NCBI GenBank assembly: GCA_963714425.1
Contig: CAVQOI010000006.1
Span: 99,629-163,628 of the forward strand
DNA length: 64,000 nt
Reading direction: 5' to 3'
From: an uncultured Chloroflexia bacterium
Lineage (GTDB): Bacteria; Chloroflexota; Anaerolineae; Anaerolineales; UBA4823
A program made the position numbers and the translations under genes. Positions 59,909 through 64,000 of the stretch are shown piece by piece. Within the stretch, counting starts at the first letter, position 1, and each line of letters starts with the position of its first letter. Under the pieces are notes generated by a model. It searched no databases. It had not been told where the DNA came from and saw only the letters and a program-made list of their open reading frames with translations.

Positions 59909-61279
59909 ATGAAAGCCTTAAGATTGTTAGCTTTATGCCTCGCTGTCGTATTGCTGGTCGCCGCATGCGCGCCAGCCGCCACCGAGGCGCCAGTAGCAAC
60001 CGAAGCACCGATGGAAACGGAAGCACCTGCACCAACGGAGGCGCCCCCACCAACCGAGGCACCAGCTCCTACAGAAGCTCCCACCGAAGTACCCATGGAA
60101 CCTGTTGAGCTACGCTTTACCTATTATGCGGACGGAGTTGAAGCGGATGTAATCAAGCCGCTGCTAGACAAGTTTATGGCGGAAAACCCGGATATCACCG
60201 TCGTCCTTGACGTCGTCCCATATCAGACCATTGATGAACAGCTCCCTGTACAGGTGGAAAGTGGCCAGGGTCCTGATCTGGCGCGGATCACCAATTTCGG
60301 CGCTTACAAAGGCAAGCTCCTGGATCTGCGTACCTACTTCGCTGATCCGGCTTACTACGAAGCTGTCTTTCCGGCACCTATTCTCGAGGCGTTGGGCTAC
60401 GGCGGATACCCGGATGCACTGACGGTAACTGGCCCCTACGTCAACAAGACACTTTTTGACCAGGCGGGCGTGGAACTGCCGCCCGCAGGGACTACATGGC
60501 CAGAGTGGACCGAGCTAGCAAAGCAGGTTGCTGAGGCCACTACCGTGCAGTATGCTATATCCATTGACCGCACAGGTCATCGCTTCGCTGGCCCTGCTAT
60601 GAGCATGGGTGCAACCCTGATTAACGCGGATGGAAACTTTACGGTTGACACGCCTGGTTTCCGGGCTTTTGCTGAGATTGTGAAGGGCTGGCACGACGAG
60701 GGGATTACCCCTGCGGAGGTCTGGTTGGGGGCTGAGCCCGTCGGCAGTTGTATCGCAGCTTTCAAATCCGGCCAGTTGGTAATGTGCATGTCCGGATCCT
60801 GGCAAATAAACGGACTTGCCAACGATGTTGGCGACGCGTTTGACTGGGTGGTTGTGCCCAATCCTGCTGGTGATGGCGGCTCAACAGGAATCGCGGGGGG
60901 CTCTGCTGTTGTAGCTTTCGCTGACACTACGCACCCACAGGAAGCTGCCAGGCTGATTGAATATCTGATTCAGTCTGAAAGCTATAGCGCTTTCTCGGCT
61001 GGAACACTCTCACTACCGGCTCAAAAAGATGTAGCGGCTCAGGGTGTTGAATTCGCCACCGACAATCCATCAGTCCTGGCGGCTTTGTCAGCATATACGG
61101 CTGAAGTCCCGAAATTGACAGACCAGGCCGTATCCTTGAATGTGCATCCCTACGCCTTTGCGTACTATCGCAACAGTGCGAATCGCATTGCTCAGTATCT
61201 GAATGTAGAATTTGACCTTGATGAGATGCTCATCAATCTCCAGCAAGATATTGACAAAGCGATAGCAGAAGCACAGTAA
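59909..61279 (+). CDS. sugar ABC transporter substrate-binding lipoprotein
   Basis: ATG 59909 follows a GGAG RBS. The lipobox-like signal is LLALCLAVVLLVAAC, followed by a Thr/Glu/Ala/Pro linker and a family-1 SBP fold. Confidence 0.85.
   Translation: MKALRLLALCLAVVLLVAACAPAATEAPVATEAPMETEAPAPTEAPPPTEAPAPTEAPTEVPMEPVELRFTYYADGVEADVIKPLLDKFMAENPDITVVLDVVPYQTIDEQLPVQVESGQGPDLARITNFGAYKGKLLDLRTYFADPAYYEAVFPAPILEALGYGGYPDALTVTGPYVNKTLFDQAGVELPPAGTTWPEWTELAKQVAEATTVQYAISIDRTGHRFAGPAMSMGATLINADGNFTVDTPGFRAFAEIVKGWHDEGITPAEVWLGAEPVGSCIAAFKSGQLVMCMSGSWQINGLANDVGDAFDWVVVPNPAGDGGSTGIAGGSAVVAFADTTHPQEAARLIEYLIQSESYSAFSAGTLSLPAQKDVAAQGVEFATDNPSVLAALSAYTAEVPKLTDQAVSLNVHPYAFAYYRNSANRIAQYLNVEFDLDEMLINLQQDIDKAIAEAQ
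59981..60094 (+). repeat. degenerate 12-nt (TEAP) tandem repeat encoding the lipoprotein linker
   Basis: ACC GAG GCN CCN-type units encode TEAPVATEAPMETEAPAPTEAPPPTEAPAPTEAPTEVP. Confidence 0.6.
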
Positions 61280-61305
61280 GAGTTCCTTTCGTTTGTATTG
61301 GTGGG

Positions 61306-62364
61306 GTGCAGATCCATGCGTTCTGCATCCCACCAGAGAGGATGAGCGTAATGTTATTGCAACCTGGGATAGAACGGACAAGGAAGGTCGTAACAGGGTT
61401 TCTGAATGGGGTCTATGATCTGATTACATCTCTTCTTGACCTAGTATTCGGATTGATTCAACGTCTGATCGGCTTGCGCAGCATGCCCTATGTCTTTGTT
61501 TTGCCCAACCTGCTGATATTTGGCATATTTATACTTTTTCCCATGCTGCTTAATTTCGTTTATGCGTTCACCGGAGGTTCGAGCTTCACGCCATTTGACC
61601 GTCCCTGGGTTGCTACTGCAAATTTTGACCGATTATTAGCCTGCGATGATTATCTAAACCCGCGTACCTGCGGAGAGGATTTGTTTTGGAGAGCGGTTTA
61701 CAACACTACAGGCTATGTGGTTTTTCAAGTCGCTCTAATGGTATTGTTTGCATTGATTACAGCTTTGATCCTTAATCGTGATATCAAAGCACGCGGCTTT
61801 TTCCGGAGTGTTTTTTTCTACCCGGTATTACTTTCCCCCATCGTCGTTTCACTCATTTGGAAATGGATATTGCAGGAAAACGGCTTGCTGAATGGCATTC
61901 TAATCGGCATGGGTTATGACAAAATCCCCTTTTTGGTGAATGCCCAATGGGCCAGGTTTTGGGTCATTATGATCAGCGTTTGGGCCTTCATGGGATTTTA
62001 TACGCTTATTCTGCTGGCTGGCTTGCAGTCAATTCCGGCAGATTTGTATGAAGCGGCATCCATCGATGGGGCCAATCCCTGGCATTCTTTTTCGAAAATC
62101 ACCATGCCGTTGCTGATGCCAACCATGGTTGTCGTTCTGGTGCTATCTTTGATACGCGCCGTTCAGGTATTTGACATTGTCTTTGCCTTTACGGGTGGCG
62201 GACCAGGAACCGCTACCCTCTATATCGTGCAATATATCTACAATTATGGCTTTTCCAGCCCGAACAAGCAGTTTGGACTTGCTGCTGCGGCTTCCCTTCT
62301 CATGGCTGGTGTGCTGATCGTTTTGACAGTGGTCCAACTTGTCGCCCGACGTGAGGAGAGCTGA
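61306..62364 (+). CDS. sugar ABC transporter permease (MalF/UgpA-like)
   Basis: Six TM helices with the EAA-loop region YEAASIDGANPWHSFSKITMPLL. The start may be an internal Met. Confidence 0.85.
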   Translation: MQIHAFCIPPERMSVMLLQPGIERTRKVVTGFLNGVYDLITSLLDLVFGLIQRLIGLRSMPYVFVLPNLLIFGIFILFPMLLNFVYAFTGGSSFTPFDRPWVATANFDRLLACDDYLNPRTCGEDLFWRAVYNTTGYVVFQVALMVLFALITALILNRDIKARGFFRSVFFYPVLLSPIVVSLIWKWILQENGLLNGILIGMGYDKIPFLVNAQWARFWVIMISVWAFMGFYTLILLAGLQSIPADLYEAASIDGANPWHSFSKITMPLLMPTMVVVLVLSLIRAVQVFDIVFAFTGGGPGTATLYIVQYIYNYGFSSPNKQFGLAAAASLLMAGVLIVLTVVQLVARREES

Positions 62365-62365
62365 G

Positions 62366-63418
62366 ATGAACCGCATTTTTGAAATCCTGCGCCTGACCCG
62401 GGGTCACAAAAAACTTGACATTACCGATGTAATCTCATACACATACTTGGCCCTGGGCGTCGTCATCATGTTTGGCCCAATCGTGTGGCTGGTGCTGTCC
62501 TCGTTCAAAACGTCTGGTGAGATTATCAAATTTCCGCCGCGATTTTTGCCTTACCGCCAGGAAACCGCGGTTGTAGCTGGCTATGAAGAGCCACTGCCGC
62601 TGTATCAGATTACATTTAACGATGGCAGCATACAGACTCTGGCGCAGGTGCGCCGTATTGGATTGGAAGCCCAAATGATTGACCCAGTTAATCCGGGCGA
62701 AATTATCAAAGTCAACATCAACCAGCGCCAGCCCGTTGAACGCGTTTATTTTGGCCTGAGTAACTACATCGAAGGTGTGGAGAGTTTCAATTTTGGACTC
62801 TATTTATGGAATAGTGTGGTCGTGACAGTTGTGGCAACACTGCTCACCCTTCTGGTAAACAGTATGGCCGCCTTTGCGCTGAGCAAATACAAATTTCGTG
62901 GGCGCCAAACGATCTTTCTGATCATGATCAGCACGCTGATGGTACCGCTATCGGTTGTGCTTGTTCCAGTGTTCTTGGTTATTACCAGAGTCGGGTGGAA
63001 TAACAACCTGCTAGGCATTATCGTTCCTGCCGCTGCCACACCCACTGGCGTGTTCCTCTTGCGCCAGTATATGCTCACCATCCCTGACGAGCTGATTGAT
63101 GCAGCCCGAATTGATGGCGCCAGCGAGTGGCGCATTTATTCACAGGTCATTATGCCTCTAGCAAAACCAGCCCTGGCTGTGTTGACCATCTTCTCCGTCA
63201 TGTGGCGCTGGAACGATTTTCTCTGGCCCCTGATTGTCTTGAGCCGCAGTGAATATTTCACCCTGCAAGTTGGATTGGCATCCTTTCAGGGTGAACTCAA
63301 CGTGCAATGGAATCTGATCCTGGCGATGACAGTATTGACTTTACTGCCCATCACCTTAGTATTTGGCTTCTTGCAACGGAACATCACAACTGGTATTGCA
63401 ACCACCGGCATGAAATAG
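62366..63418 (+). CDS. sugar ABC transporter permease (MalG/UgpE-like) with long periplasmic loop
   Basis: ATG 62366 lies just after the upstream stop. The EAA-loop is DELIDAARIDGASEWRIYSQVIMPLAKP. Confidence 0.85.
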   Translation: MNRIFEILRLTRGHKKLDITDVISYTYLALGVVIMFGPIVWLVLSSFKTSGEIIKFPPRFLPYRQETAVVAGYEEPLPLYQITFNDGSIQTLAQVRRIGLEAQMIDPVNPGEIIKVNINQRQPVERVYFGLSNYIEGVESFNFGLYLWNSVVVTVVATLLTLLVNSMAAFALSKYKFRGRQTIFLIMISTLMVPLSVVLVPVFLVITRVGWNNNLLGIIVPAAATPTGVFLLRQYMLTIPDELIDAARIDGASEWRIYSQVIMPLAKPALAVLTIFSVMWRWNDFLWPLIVLSRSEYFTLQVGLASFQGELNVQWNLILAMTVLTLLPITLVFGFLQRNITTGIATTGMK

Positions 63419-63468
63419 CCTTTGTTATTTCATCCTCGTTGGAATTTTTCAAACATTGGTGTTGTGTA

Positions 63469-64000
63469 ATGATACTTCATCACGAAGGCATCATCCTTCA
63501 AAAGGGCTTTGAGTCCTTGGAAGCAGTCTCGCTGAAGGAGAAGTCATCCACCAGAGCGGTCTTCCGCACCATGGCTGGAGATTTTGAGATTTCTTGCTTC
63601 GCTCCGGGCGTATTACGGATGAGACTTATAGTCGAACACAGCCAGCCCGATTACGGCATCCTCGATGCAGCGCCTGAAAATCTAGAGCTGAATGTTTCCA
63701 GCATACAGCATGGCTACCGGGTTCAAGCTGGTGAGGTCGCACTTGAAATTTTTGGTGATCCCATGCGCATTCGCTTTTTTCAAGACAAGAAGCTGTTGCT
63801 GCAATCGGTCACCGATCGCACCATCGAAGGACAGCTGCGCTTTTCCCCGTTTGCCAAACGCGCCGATTCCTGGTTGGTGGCGCTGGCGTTGGCAAATAGT
63901 GAACCTGTTTACGGCTTGGGTGAAAAATGGTCGGCCCTCAACCGGCGCGGGCAACTCATTCACAGCTGGAATGAGGATGCCACCACCCTCAATTCCGAGC
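63469..64000 (+). CDS. GH31 alpha-glucosidase/alpha-xylosidase, N-terminal part (runs off window)
   Basis: I translated the open frame from ATG 63469 to the window end myself; it is not in the ORF track. ...EPVYGLGEKWSALNRRGQLIHSWNEDA resembles the GH31 N-terminal/catalytic junction. Confidence 0.65.
   Translation, partial: MILHHEGIILQKGFESLEAVSLKEKSSTRAVFRTMAGDFEISCFAPGVLRMRLIVEHSQPDYGILDAAPENLELNVSSIQHGYRVQAGEVALEIFGDPMRIRFFQDKKLLLQSVTDRTIEGQLRFSPFAKRADSWLVALALANSEPVYGLGEKWSALNRRGQLIHSWNEDATTLNSE

Noticed and set aside
1-64000. CRISPR arrays, rRNA genes, integrases or phage structural genes
   Set aside because: I found no regularly spaced direct repeats with unique spacers, no rRNA-like stretches, and no tyrosine or serine recombinase ORF in the six-frame track. 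The only repeat arrays are the coding TEAP linker and the TTGAC cluster.

Overview
GC-rich bacterial chromosomal segment. The gene content (giant DUF11-repeat surface protein, Ser/Thr kinase/FHA/TPR proteins, several GT-C glycosyltransferases, tungsten-type AOR, corrinoid methyltransferase) suggests a filamentous Chloroflexota/Anaerolineae-like organism, but this is inference only. Left to right the window holds: argG; an intact IS1202/ISNCY-type insertion sequence with a perfect 17-bp target duplication; tandem GT-C glycosyltransferase paralogues (one frame-broken); a clpB 3' relic; a phosphodiester glycosidase; a Yip1-like membrane protein; two signal-less HtrA/trypsin-like proteases translationally coupled to a LuxR regulator with a degenerate receiver; a small-ORF plus minimal nucleotidyltransferase (TA-like) pair; Hsp20; and an envelope-glycan cluster (GT87-like, DoxX-like, processive GT2). 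Next comes the most interesting candidate system: a 1384-aa Ser/Thr kinase-TPR protein, a 2xFHA-LCAT-type lipase fusion, and a divergent 1175-aa KAP P-loop NTPase with a C-terminal CHAT-like, apparently Cys-less domain. After that: AOR plus a MoaD-like protein; a ~2.8k-aa DUF11 surface protein with an internal super-repeat, followed by two small paralogous proteins; a corrinoid protein plus methyl-H4folate methyltransferase; a tandem USP; and an ~8.2-kb cyclic beta-1,2-glucan synthase gene broken by three frame shifts and 3'-truncated by a decayed IS3-type transposase remnant. The right end holds a beta-helix secreted protein, an AT-rich spacer with phased TTGAC repeats and a tRNA-like 3' fragment, and a ROK-regulated sugar ABC/GH31 locus. 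I saw no rRNA, intact tRNA or CRISPR array. At least seven ORF pairs look like single genes split by 1-nt frame shifts, several at short homopolymers. Assembly indel error must therefore be excluded before any of them is called a pseudogene.
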